From Cyanobacteria bacterium auto_48_18 (GTDB taxonomy: Bacteria > Cyanobacteriota > Vampirovibrionia > Obscuribacterales > Obscuribacteraceae): a DNA stretch of 64,000 bases. Location of the stretch: positions 207,743-271,742 of the forward strand of contig JAVHQC010000036.1 of the NCBI GenBank assembly GCA_036170915.1, read 5' to 3'. Within the stretch, counting starts at the first letter, position 1, and the number at the start of each line of letters is the position of its first letter. The translations under genes and the position numbers were made by a program. Below the pieces are notes generated by a model. It searched no databases and was not told where the DNA came from. It saw only the letters and a list, made by a program, of their open reading frames with translations. Positions 29,962 through 39,297 of this stretch are shown piece after piece.

Positions 29962-30123
29962 ATTTTGGCTTTGGTCTGGGACTTTTAGATCGCACCCTAG
30001 AGTTTTTTTACAACCTGTAGGTTGTGTATTTCTACAACCTAGGAGTTGTAAAATTTCTTAGGGGGCAGAGTAGGTACCCGGCGTGCCCAAGAGATTCATA
30101 ATTTCTTGAACTGACGAGTGCAC

Positions 30124-31752
30124 TCACTTCCCATAAACATCCAGCATGCCCTGTAACTGTAAAAGGGTATCTGCTTCTTCTATGGGCTTATCTGGTCGCA
30201 AGCGCGCGATACGCGGAAAACGCACAGCAATGCCAGATTTATGACGCGGAGATTTCTGAATACCCTCAAAAGCGATTTCAAAAACAAGCCCAGGTTTCAC
30301 AGTGCGCACTGGCCCAAATTTTTCTACAGTATTCTTGCGCACATAATCGTCTACTGACCTTATCTCTTCATCAGTCAATCCGGAATAAGCCTTAGCAATT
30401 GGAACGAGCTTATCATCTTGCCAGACGGCGAAAGTATAGTCGGTATAGAGGCTGGCCCGGCGGCCGTGTCCGCGTTGTGCGTAGACAAGCACCGCGTCCA
30501 TGGAGAGTGGATTAATCTTCCATTTCCACCAGTCGCCCCGCCTGCGGCCTACACCATATATAGAGTCATGCTTTTTCAGCATTACACCTTCAACTTTTAA
30601 TTTGCGGCTGTCAAGACGCATTGTGGCAAGGTCATCCCACGACGACGCTTTAAGTTCAGCAGACACACGCAACTGTTCACTCAACGTACCACGACAGCTC
30701 GGTGCCACGTCGCACTGGCCTGGTGTCAACACTTCAAGCAAATGCCTGCGCCTTTCTTTCATGGTTGATTGTCGAATATCAAGGCCGCCAACTTCGACAA
30801 TGTCGAAAGCCATAAAAATACAGGGCACTTCAGCAAGCAGTTTTTTGCCCACACTTTTTCGCCCGATTCGCATCTGCAACATCGCAAAGGGCAAAACGTC
30901 ACCTTCTTTCCAGCCTAAAATCTCGCCATCAATGACAGTGCCATTAGGCAAGCGAGAGGCAGCCGTAAGAATTTCAGGAAAGCGCTCGCTGATTAGCTCC
31001 TCGCCCCGCGACCAGATAAATACTTGTCCATCTCTTTTAATAATCTGAGCGCGAATACCGTCCCATTTCCACTCAACTTGAAAGTCATTTATGTCACCTA
31101 AAGTATTGGGCTCCTCTTGCAGAGGGTAGGCCAGATAGAAAGGATATGGAGTTGAAGCTGCCGCATCTTCAGTCTCGGTGGCCATCAAATTGGCATACCA
31201 ATGCGGTGACGGCTCCCAGTGCCCCATTAAGCGGTGTGCCACCACATTGGCTTCCACCGCCGAGACTGTGGCCAGAGCTTTGGTCACCATTTGCTGCGAG
31301 ACGCCTACACGAAAACCGCCAGTAATTAGTTTGTTGAAAATAAATTTCTGATCGATATCAAGTTCAAGCCAGGTTGCTTGCAAATGTTGCGCTGTGGCTA
31401 AGTCGCTGAAATTGCGCAGCACCAAAAGCTTCTGTTCAACAAATTCGGTCAAGTTTAAATCTAGCTGTGACTGTTGCTCAGGCAGAAGCAAAGCCATGGT
31501 TTCGCCAAGGTCACCTACGTTGTCATAACATTCTTGAAAGAGCCAGGGTGAAATTTCGGCAAGAGATATGGTCAGTTGCCGCATCAGTTCGGTGGGCACA
31601 AGGCGCCTGAGCTTGCGGCCAGTTAAGAAAAACACAGCCCAGGCAGCATCACTATCACTGGCCTGTTTGAAATATTTGACCAGAGCTTCTAACTTTTCAT
31701 TTGTCTTAGTGGTGCGGTCTATATCTTTGTAGAGTTCTACAAATGCTTTCAT
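30124..31752 (-). CDS. ATP-dependent DNA ligase
   Basis: Motif I EWKWDGIR, DGE, FD, EGVMLK, WWKWK, RFPRI. Confidence 0.95.
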   Translation of the reverse strand: MKAFVELYKDIDRTTKTNEKLEALVKYFKQASDSDAAWAVFFLTGRKLRRLVPTELMRQLTISLAEISPWLFQECYDNVGDLGETMALLLPEQQSQLDLNLTEFVEQKLLVLRNFSDLATAQHLQATWLELDIDQKFIFNKLITGGFRVGVSQQMVTKALATVSAVEANVVAHRLMGHWEPSPHWYANLMATETEDAAASTPYPFYLAYPLQEEPNTLGDINDFQVEWKWDGIRAQIIKRDGQVFIWSRGEELISERFPEILTAASRLPNGTVIDGEILGWKEGDVLPFAMLQMRIGRKSVGKKLLAEVPCIFMAFDIVEVGGLDIRQSTMKERRRHLLEVLTPGQCDVAPSCRGTLSEQLRVSAELKASSWDDLATMRLDSRKLKVEGVMLKKHDSIYGVGRRRGDWWKWKINPLSMDAVLVYAQRGHGRRASLYTDYTFAVWQDDKLVPIAKAYSGLTDEEIRSVDDYVRKNTVEKFGPVRTVKPGLVFEIAFEGIQKSPRHKSGIAVRFPRIARLRPDKPIEEADTLLQLQGMLDVYGK

Positions 31753-32870
31753 GGCTCTTCACCTTGAGGCGGAGAGATCAAACCTGTTTCGACCATATCG
31801 TCAGAATTTTCGGCCACCATCTCCTGAGCCTCAGTGCTGCGCGTATCAACCTCAGCAGCTTCTTTTTTCTCGTCATCTTCTCCGGTAAAGGCGGTCTCTA
31901 AAGCCAGGGCGTCAATGCCAAGTTCAGTCAAGTAACGCACCAGAGGTGGTGTATAGCCATGGGTGACAAGTACTCGTTCAGCGCCGGTGGCGGCAATGGT
32001 GGCAATCAGACCAGGCCAATCGGCATGGTCTGACATAACAAAACCACGATCGAGCGATCGCCGGCGACGGGCGCCCCTGACGCGCATCCAGCCTGAGGCA
32101 AAAGCATCTGAGCTTTTGCCAAATTTGCGCGACCACAAACTATCTTGGGCATTGGGTGGTGCCACCACCAGTGCACCGGCTTTCCCCAGGGCTTCTTTTT
32201 TCAGATCTGTAGAAACGTAGGTGGTCTCTGGTAAATGAACGCCACAGCCTCGATAAACGGCATTCAAAGCTTCGACTGCACCATGAGTATAAATTGGGCC
32301 GATACTGGCATCAACACTGGCTAGAAGGCGCTGAGCCTTTCCTAATGAATAGGCGTAAAGCAAACTTACTTTGCCCGCTTGAGCATTGGCTTGCCACCAC
32401 TGATTTACTTCGGCAGCAATGACATGATTTTCAGCAAAGCGATAAATGGGCAAACCAAAAGTTGATTCGGTAATGAAAGTATGGCAACGCACAGGCTCGA
32501 TGGGCTGGCAGGTGGGGTCAGCCTGGGTTTTATAATCACCTGAGACTACACAAATTTGACCTTTGTATTCAATTCTTATCTGCGATGACCCGAGAATATG
32601 ACCAGCCGGATGAAAGGAAACCAGGGCGTCTTTGATTTTGATGGGGGTGCCGTAGTCGATAGTTTCAAGCACTGCCTCTTCACCTAAACGCGAGCGCAAA
32701 ATGCCTTTGGCGTCAGTGTGACACAGATAAGAAGTAGAACCCATGCGCGCATGGTCAGAGTGACCATGAGTAATCAGAGCGCGATTAACAGGACGCCACG
32801 GGTCGATATAAAAATCGCCTGCCTGACAATAGAGGCCGCGGTCTGTAACTCTGACTAGATCTTCGGCCAT
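31749..32870 (-). CDS. Ligase-associated metallo-beta-lactamase exonuclease
   Basis: THGHSDHA, AGHILGS, SGDYK, ESTFG, SDHAD, THG. ATGA overlap with the ligase gene. Start placed at MAEDLV. Confidence 0.9.
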   Translation of the reverse strand: MAEDLVRVTDRGLYCQAGDFYIDPWRPVNRALITHGHSDHARMGSTSYLCHTDAKGILRSRLGEEAVLETIDYGTPIKIKDALVSFHPAGHILGSSQIRIEYKGQICVVSGDYKTQADPTCQPIEPVRCHTFITESTFGLPIYRFAENHVIAAEVNQWWQANAQAGKVSLLYAYSLGKAQRLLASVDASIGPIYTHGAVEALNAVYRGCGVHLPETTYVSTDLKKEALGKAGALVVAPPNAQDSLWSRKFGKSSDAFASGWMRVRGARRRRSLDRGFVMSDHADWPGLIATIAATGAERVLVTHGYTPPLVRYLTELGIDALALETAFTGEDDEKKEAAEVDTRSTEAQEMVAENSDDMVETGLISPPQGEEP

Positions 32871-32961
32871 TGATACTTCCGAAATTAATACACTCAAATC
32901 AAATTCACTCAACATTGTGACCTATGAGGCCACAGTTTGTTCCGAAAGTTTCGTGCCAGGC

Positions 32962-33864
32962 TTACTGAGCCAGCATCATCTTCGCTTCTTTATTGTCAGG
33001 CGAAAGCTTGAGCACCGCTTGAGCTTCGCTCTTGGTCAGTTCTTTATTTCTCAAATCATTTGCCACTATGGCAAGTTTGAGATGATAATCGACTTTGCCC
33101 GGGCAAAATTCCACTGCTTTTTTCAAATCACTGAGCGCTTTTTCAGGCATATGATTTTTGTAATAGGCCACGGCGCGTCCATAATATAGATCGCCATTAC
33201 TGTGTTCAAGACGCAATCCGCGAGTGTAGGCGTCAATGGCATCGACGTAGCTGGCTTGACTGAGATATGAGTTTGCCAGCACTTCCAGCGCTTTGACGTA
33301 CCCAGGAAAATTTTTCACCAGCTCGCGGCATTGGTGAATAGCCAGACCATACTGACCAAGCGTATAGTGACAGAGAGCCTCACCCAGTCTGGCTTCTTTG
33401 CGGTAATGGCTATCCTTTAGAGTCAATATCGTCTGATAGTCGGCCATGGCTTTTTGATAAGCTCGAGTGGCAAAATAGCACGAAGCACGGTCGAGTAAAG
33501 CCTGATCGTTAAGCGCATTGATCGCAAGTGAAAGGGAAAAATTTTCTATGGCGCTATCATTGTTTTGCATAGACATGTAAATCAGGCCGCGTTTATGCAG
33601 CAATCGGCTGTCGTTCTTTTCAATTTTAATGGCCCCATCAATAGCAGAGAGGGCCTGTTTATAGTTCCCCGCACTTCTGGCATGGTCGGCAGTAGTAATC
33701 AGACGAGCCAACACCAGGGTTTTATCTTCTTTTTTACCTAAAACCAGACCGCCAATTTGCAAATGCGAATAGTGAAAAAATGCAGCTACTCCCACAGCCA
33801 AAACAATTGCCACTGTAATTACAGCTACAGAAGGTTTGCTCGATTGGCTTACACTATTTGTCAA
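32962..33864 (-). CDS. Membrane-anchored TPR protein
   Basis: N-terminal hydrophobic helix followed by multiple TPRs. Confidence 0.85.
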   Translation of the reverse strand: MTNSVSQSSKPSVAVITVAIVLAVGVAAFFHYSHLQIGGLVLGKKEDKTLVLARLITTADHARSAGNYKQALSAIDGAIKIEKNDSRLLHKRGLIYMSMQNNDSAIENFSLSLAINALNDQALLDRASCYFATRAYQKAMADYQTILTLKDSHYRKEARLGEALCHYTLGQYGLAIHQCRELVKNFPGYVKALEVLANSYLSQASYVDAIDAYTRGLRLEHSNGDLYYGRAVAYYKNHMPEKALSDLKKAVEFCPGKVDYHLKLAIVANDLRNKELTKSEAQAVLKLSPDNKEAKMMLAQ

Positions 33865-33968
33865 AGAACTTTGCTAACACTCCGCCAATCACGGTGAATA
33901 GTGACGAGATCAATATAATGATTCTATATCGCCACAAAAAACAGTCACAAGTGTCAGTTGTTAAGAGC

Positions 33969-35192
33969 ATGAAAGCAAAACGATCAAATAGCGGAAAAAT
34001 TGAACGGGGCGGTCTCGCCATCGGCGTAGTTGTGGGTGTGGCCATTGCCACTGCTTTTTATGCCGGCAGACAGAGCACCAGCCCGCATTCAAATAGTGGT
34101 CAAAGTCAGGGGGAAATCGGCACGGTGCGCCACGCGGCCCCCGGGACAGCACTGCCAAGCTTTGATGGCCCAAAAGGAGCGATTGGTGCCAGTACCATTG
34201 CAGATATCGCCCAAGAAGCGGGTGCCTGGGTAGTCAATATCGACATCACCAATATCATCACCTACGAGCCACAGCCCCAAATTTTCACTAATGGCGAGGA
34301 GCAGTTTCTTTTGCGCCAGCCGGTGCAAGAAGCCCGCCAGCGTGGCGTGGGCTCAGGTCTGATAATTAAACCTGATGGCCTGATTTTGACCAATAATCAC
34401 GTGGTTGGTCGTGCCAATCAAATTAAGATCACTCTTTCAGACACGATCGAAGGCAAGCGGGTCTTCGCGGGCAAAGTGGTCGGACGCGACGAGCTTAATG
34501 ACCTTGCCCTGGTAAAAATAGAGGCGAAAAACCTGCCTGTGGCCAGAATCGGCTCCAGTAAAAATCTGCGCCCCGGCGATTGGGCCATTGCCATCGGTTC
34601 CCCTGCGGGTCTTGACCATTCTGTTACCCTTGGCATTATCAGCGCCCTTGGTCGCTCGCTTTTTGAAATTTCAGAGCGCGGCCAATTAATTCAAACAGAT
34701 GCCGCCATTAATCCCGGAAATTCGGGGGGCCCACTTCTCAATATTCAAGGGGAAGTAATCGGCATTAATACCGCAGTTTCTTCAGCTCGCGGCGGCCAGC
34801 AGATTCAAAATATTGGCTTTGCCATTCCTTCAGAAGTGTTTGAAGACACAGTGCAGCAGCTGCTTGCCACCGGCCAGGTAAAGCGGCCTTATGTGGGAAT
34901 TTTGATGCAAGACCTGACGCCGGAGATATTGCAGGCATTATCATTGCCCGCAGGCACTAGCGGAGTGAGGGTGGCGAAACTAACGGCGGGAAGCCCTGCA
35001 GCTCAAGCTGGCATTGAAGAAGGCGACATAGTCACCAGTGCCGACGGTAAAAATCTATCAGCCGCTGAAGAACTGCGGGCAACGGTGCGCAGCCATAAAG
35101 TGGGAGAGACCACAGTTTTGAAGATTTCGCGGGGCGGAAAGGATCTGACCATTAAGGTGGCGGTGGGCGAGCTTAAGAATCGGCCAAACTAG
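33969..35192 (+). CDS. HtrA/DegP-family serine protease with one PDZ domain
   Basis: GSG, TNNHVV, DLAL, TDAAINPGNSGGPL, C-terminal PDZ, N-terminal TM. Start placed at MKAKR. Confidence 0.93.
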   Translation: MKAKRSNSGKIERGGLAIGVVVGVAIATAFYAGRQSTSPHSNSGQSQGEIGTVRHAAPGTALPSFDGPKGAIGASTIADIAQEAGAWVVNIDITNIITYEPQPQIFTNGEEQFLLRQPVQEARQRGVGSGLIIKPDGLILTNNHVVGRANQIKITLSDTIEGKRVFAGKVVGRDELNDLALVKIEAKNLPVARIGSSKNLRPGDWAIAIGSPAGLDHSVTLGIISALGRSLFEISERGQLIQTDAAINPGNSGGPLLNIQGEVIGINTAVSSARGGQQIQNIGFAIPSEVFEDTVQQLLATGQVKRPYVGILMQDLTPEILQALSLPAGTSGVRVAKLTAGSPAAQAGIEEGDIVTSADGKNLSAAEELRATVRSHKVGETTVLKISRGGKDLTIKVAVGELKNRPN

Positions 35193-35228
35193 CTCTGTGG
35201 GTACAATGGATAAAACTCAGGTTTGACC

Positions 35229-37307
35229 ATGCCCCGTCTAAAAGCGATCTCTTTCGATCACGACCGCGAACTCTCAGCTATGGCCACCTGGTGGAAGGCC
35301 GTTTTTCTCACGCCCATCTGGGCATTCCTCTTTATTTTGCCTTTTGGCCCATTCATGCGGCAGTTTCCGGCAATCTGGGACACCGTAGGCTTTTGCCTGG
35401 TGATCATTCTCGGTGGCATTTATTTTTGCCGCGATCTATTCAGACGAGCGGTTCTGGTTGATGACAACAAAATCTATTTTGGCATGGGCTGCCATTCGCT
35501 GAGCCACTTAAAGCGCATCAAATTGGGCTATTCCATGTCGGTGGTGCCATCTAAAATTATTCTTGAATTTGACGAAGATCAAAAAGAAGGAGTTGCTAAA
35601 GCACAAATAGAGCTGTCAATGTCTTCCATGACCTGGCAAGACATGGAAGGCTTAATCAGCCTGTTAAGCCGTAAAGTGTCACATTTAAGAGTAGACGACG
35701 AAGTAGAAAGAGTCTTGCGCTCGCGCAAACCGCTAGTGGTGGCACGCATTCAAGATCCTGAACACTTAGAATTGAAATATCATGCCATGCCGCTAGTAGA
35801 AGAACTACCTGCAGTGCTCGAACACACCGTTTACGAATGGTCGCGCGTGGTGGGCCCTGTGGGCACGGTAATTCTTGCTTCACCCTTGTGGCTTTATTTC
35901 AATTTTGTCATGTACAACGCATTGCGCGATTATGCCAATGTGTCGGCTAACCAGGAGTTTTACAACCAGCTAGTAAAACTGCTTACCTATTTTGGCGAGT
36001 CGGCCAGTGCTGGTCTATCAATGTTCGAACGCTTTTTCTATTACGTCAATTCGCCTCTCACCGCTTCTTTGTTATTTGTGGTCTTCTCTTATTTCTTCTA
36101 TAAATTGATTAGCTCGAGTTTTCTCAGCCCCAACAAACTAACCATTAATAGCGATGGTATCTCGCTCGACAAATGGAGTTACCTCTGGTCAATCAACTCC
36201 CGGTCAGTGAAGTGGCAAGATATAGAGCATGTCTCACTCAATGCCAGGCACGGCACAGCTGACCCGAACAAATGGTCGATTGTTTTCAGCGGCAAAAAAG
36301 GTTCGCTCTTGAGTGTGCCGCTGTCAGCCGTGAGCATGCAAGATCGCACTGAACTGGCTTCTGCTATTGAACGCTTTGCTGGAAGTTCCACAGTGGAGGC
36401 ACAGCTGACAGAATCACTGAGGCCGTCTCAAGATAGGTCTTATACAGAATTATGGTTGCAGTCTCTTTCCAGTTCATCACGCATTAATCTAGACCCGCTT
36501 GAGGCTGGTCATCAGCTTTATCAAGGTCGTTATGAAATTGTCACAACCCTTGCAGTGGGCGGCGAAGGAGTAGCTTATCTGGCTCAAGATCTTAAAGAAA
36601 TCAATAGCGGCATAGTATCTGATGTGGTGCTCAAAGAAACTCTCATTCCACCTTTTATCGATAAAGAAATTCAACAAGAGTCTGTGGAAAGATTTGAGCG
36701 TGAAGCCAGACTTTTAAAAGAGCTAGTTAGCGAACACATTGTTGGACTGCGTGATTACTTCATTGAAGATAAACGATGCTATCTCGTGCTTGAGTACGTC
36801 AAAGGCTTGAGCTTGCGCCAGTTTGTGGCTGAACATGGTGCTCTCTCTACGCAAGAGACATTGAATCTGGCTCAGCAAATGGCAACCATTTTGATCTTCC
36901 TGCACAGCAAACAAATTATTCATCGCGATTTCACCCCAGATAATTTGATTCGACAAGAAGACGGCAAATTGAAGTTAATTGACTTCAACGTCGCCCGCGA
37001 GTGGGATAAAGACGACGGCAAGACCGGCACAATTGTAGGCAAGCATGCATATGTGCCACCAGAACAATTTCGGGGCAAAGCCTGCGAAGCCAGCGATATT
37101 TATGCTCTGGGCGCTACGCTTTTCTATTTGAACACCGGTAGCGACCCTGAACCAATATCGCAGTCGTCTTTACCAGAGGTTGCCGATCAAGCTTCACTGC
37201 GACTAAGTGAGCTAATTAAAAATTGTACGGCTTTAAATCTAAAAAGCAGAATCAAAAATGCGTTTGAACTGCAGAGCGCCCTGGCCGGAGAAACAGTGAA
37301 TGGCTGA
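35229..37307 (+). CDS. Membrane Ser/Thr kinase with N-terminal TM/PH-like region and C-terminal kinase domain (atypical motifs)
   Basis: LAVGGEGVAY, VVLKE, HRDFTPDN, DFN, YVPPEQ. Confidence 0.85.
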   Translation: MPRLKAISFDHDRELSAMATWWKAVFLTPIWAFLFILPFGPFMRQFPAIWDTVGFCLVIILGGIYFCRDLFRRAVLVDDNKIYFGMGCHSLSHLKRIKLGYSMSVVPSKIILEFDEDQKEGVAKAQIELSMSSMTWQDMEGLISLLSRKVSHLRVDDEVERVLRSRKPLVVARIQDPEHLELKYHAMPLVEELPAVLEHTVYEWSRVVGPVGTVILASPLWLYFNFVMYNALRDYANVSANQEFYNQLVKLLTYFGESASAGLSMFERFFYYVNSPLTASLLFVVFSYFFYKLISSSFLSPNKLTINSDGISLDKWSYLWSINSRSVKWQDIEHVSLNARHGTADPNKWSIVFSGKKGSLLSVPLSAVSMQDRTELASAIERFAGSSTVEAQLTESLRPSQDRSYTELWLQSLSSSSRINLDPLEAGHQLYQGRYEIVTTLAVGGEGVAYLAQDLKEINSGIVSDVVLKETLIPPFIDKEIQQESVERFEREARLLKELVSEHIVGLRDYFIEDKRCYLVLEYVKGLSLRQFVAEHGALSTQETLNLAQQMATILIFLHSKQIIHRDFTPDNLIRQEDGKLKLIDFNVAREWDKDDGKTGTIVGKHAYVPPEQFRGKACEASDIYALGATLFYLNTGSDPEPISQSSLPEVADQASLRLSELIKNCTALNLKSRIKNAFELQSALAGETVNG

Positions 37308-38814
37308 ATCTGAATTGAGTAATGACGCTCAAACCATTCAGCTGCCTTATGCCGACAGAGGCAGTCGCATAACTTTAGCTACTCTCAAAATGACCATTGC
37401 CCTCTGGGGTTTAATTCCGGCCATCCTTCTCATTATTGGTGCTTACGGTGCGCTCATGGCCGTTCTCTTTACCCGCAATGGTTCAGACCTGCTCACCTTC
37501 GGCAGCCTGCTGATGATAGGAGCACTCATTCCTACTGCCGCACTAATAGTGATTCGGCACTTCAGCCGCATGGCTATCAATATTGATAAAAATGGCATTG
37601 AAATTCCGCCCGATTTATTTTCCGGCACTCTTAAACCAACTTATGTGCCCTGGAATACAGTCAATAAAATTGTTGCCTTCAAAAGCGATAATAATGGTCT
37701 TGCCGCAAAAACAAACAATGCACTTTTGCGCGATGAGCAACTTGTTATTCATGCCCGCAATCAGCAAAGCTTGGCCGTAATTGCTCTTGATCGGCTCACC
37801 TTGCCAATGTGCGAAAAACTGCTGGTGTGCCTTGATGTTTTTGCTGGTGGTGTTGAACAAGAAGGCATAGATGATATTGCCAAGAAAATTAAACACCATC
37901 TGCGCGACGAGGCACAAGATAAATTTGCTGCCCTGGCCAAAGGTGACGTTCTTACTCACACCGAGTTATGGGAAGACGAACTGAAAAGGCGTTTTCGCGC
38001 TGCCGCTTTCATGCCGCTTGAGCCCGGCGTGATCATGCGCAAAGGCAGCTTGACTGTACTCAGGCCGCTCGCGCTGGGTGGGCTTTCAGCCGTATATCTG
38101 GCTCAGCTCGATAACAATTTGCTTGTGGTTTTAAAAGAATCAGTGGTACCAGAAGATGCCAAAGAAGAATTGAAAACTAAAGCACGGGAAATGTTTAATC
38201 GCGAAGCCAATTTGCTGATGAAGTTAAAGCACCCATCAGTGGTATCAGTGCTTGATTATTTTGTGGAAAACGGTCGTAGCTATTTGCTGCTCGATTATGT
38301 CAGCGGCCAAGATTTGCGCCAGTACATTAAACAAAATGGGCGCATGCGCGAAGCCATAGTGGTGGAATGGGCAGCACAAATTGCCGCCATTCTTGACTAT
38401 TTACATAGCCAGGATCCGCCTGTAATACACCGCGACCTCACCCCCGATAATTTCGTCATTCGTCCTGATGGCACCATAGTCGTCATCGATTTTGGTGCCG
38501 CCAACGATTTCATCGGCAACGCTACAGGAACTTTTGTCGGTAAACAGTCTTACATTGCACCAGAACAGTTTCGCGGAAAGGCTTGCTTGCAAAGTGATAT
38601 TTATGCCTTCGGCGGCACGCTGTATTATTTACTCACTGGTGAAGAGCCTGAAGCACTGAGCCAGTCAGACCCCAGCGAAAAAGTAGAAATCTCGGCGCCG
38701 TTAAATGATCTGGTCAAAAGCTGCACTGAACTCGAAGTTCAGTCTAGAATTCCCACAGCCGGAAAAATCATAGAATCTCTCGCCCTGATGTCAAAAGAGC
38801 GCCTGATTCAATAG
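37300..38814 (+). CDS. Membrane Ser/Thr kinase, paralog of the upstream gene
   Basis: Two TMs, LALGGLSAVY, VVLKE, HRDLTPDN, DFG, YIAPEQ. Confidence 0.88.
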   Translation: MAESELSNDAQTIQLPYADRGSRITLATLKMTIALWGLIPAILLIIGAYGALMAVLFTRNGSDLLTFGSLLMIGALIPTAALIVIRHFSRMAINIDKNGIEIPPDLFSGTLKPTYVPWNTVNKIVAFKSDNNGLAAKTNNALLRDEQLVIHARNQQSLAVIALDRLTLPMCEKLLVCLDVFAGGVEQEGIDDIAKKIKHHLRDEAQDKFAALAKGDVLTHTELWEDELKRRFRAAAFMPLEPGVIMRKGSLTVLRPLALGGLSAVYLAQLDNNLLVVLKESVVPEDAKEELKTKAREMFNREANLLMKLKHPSVVSVLDYFVENGRSYLLLDYVSGQDLRQYIKQNGRMREAIVVEWAAQIAAILDYLHSQDPPVIHRDLTPDNFVIRPDGTIVVIDFGAANDFIGNATGTFVGKQSYIAPEQFRGKACLQSDIYAFGGTLYYLLTGEEPEALSQSDPSEKVEISAPLNDLVKSCTELEVQSRIPTAGKIIESLALMSKERLIQ

Positions 38815-38853
38815 CGAACAATAATCATTGACAGTCACAAGCGAGTAATCATT

Positions 38854-39294
38854 ATGAGCGACAAAAAAAGCGACACTGCCAGTTCGAGTGCGGAGCAAGA
38901 GGCTGAATGGCGTGCCCGACTCACCCCCGAGCAATATCATGTGGCCCGAGAGAAAGGTACCGAGCGTGCTTTTAGCGGCAAGTATTGGGATTGCCATGAT
39001 AAAGGCGTTTACCGTTGCATTTGCTGCGATGCTGAACTATTCAGCTCAGAACACAAATTTGAATCGGGCTCCGGTTGGCCCAGTTTTTATGTTCCTCTTA
39101 GAGCTGAGCACGTAGCCGAACATCGCGACATGTCTTACGGTATGCTGCGTACGGAAGTCACCTGCAGTCAGTGCGGGGCCCATCTTGGCCACGTATTCCC
39201 GGACGGGCCCAAGCCCACAAATTTGCGTTATTGCATCAATTCGGCATCAATAAATTTAAAAACAGAGTCTGATTTGCCCAAAGAGGAAAAATAA
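38854..39294 (+). CDS. msrB: Peptide-methionine (R)-S-oxide reductase
   Basis: [36 protein letters not shown]. Confidence 0.97.
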   Translation: MSDKKSDTASSSAEQEAEWRARLTPEQYHVAREKGTERAFSGKYWDCHDKGVYRCICCDAELFSSEHKFESGSGWPSFYVPLRAEHVAEHRDMSYGMLRTEVTCSQCGAHLGHVFPDGPKPTNLRYCINSASINLKTESDLPKEEK

Positions 39295-39297
39295 AAC

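Noticed and set aside
30500..31048. 182-aa plus-strand ORF and similar shadow ORFs across the window
   Set aside because: They lie antisense to, or out of frame within, well-supported genes.
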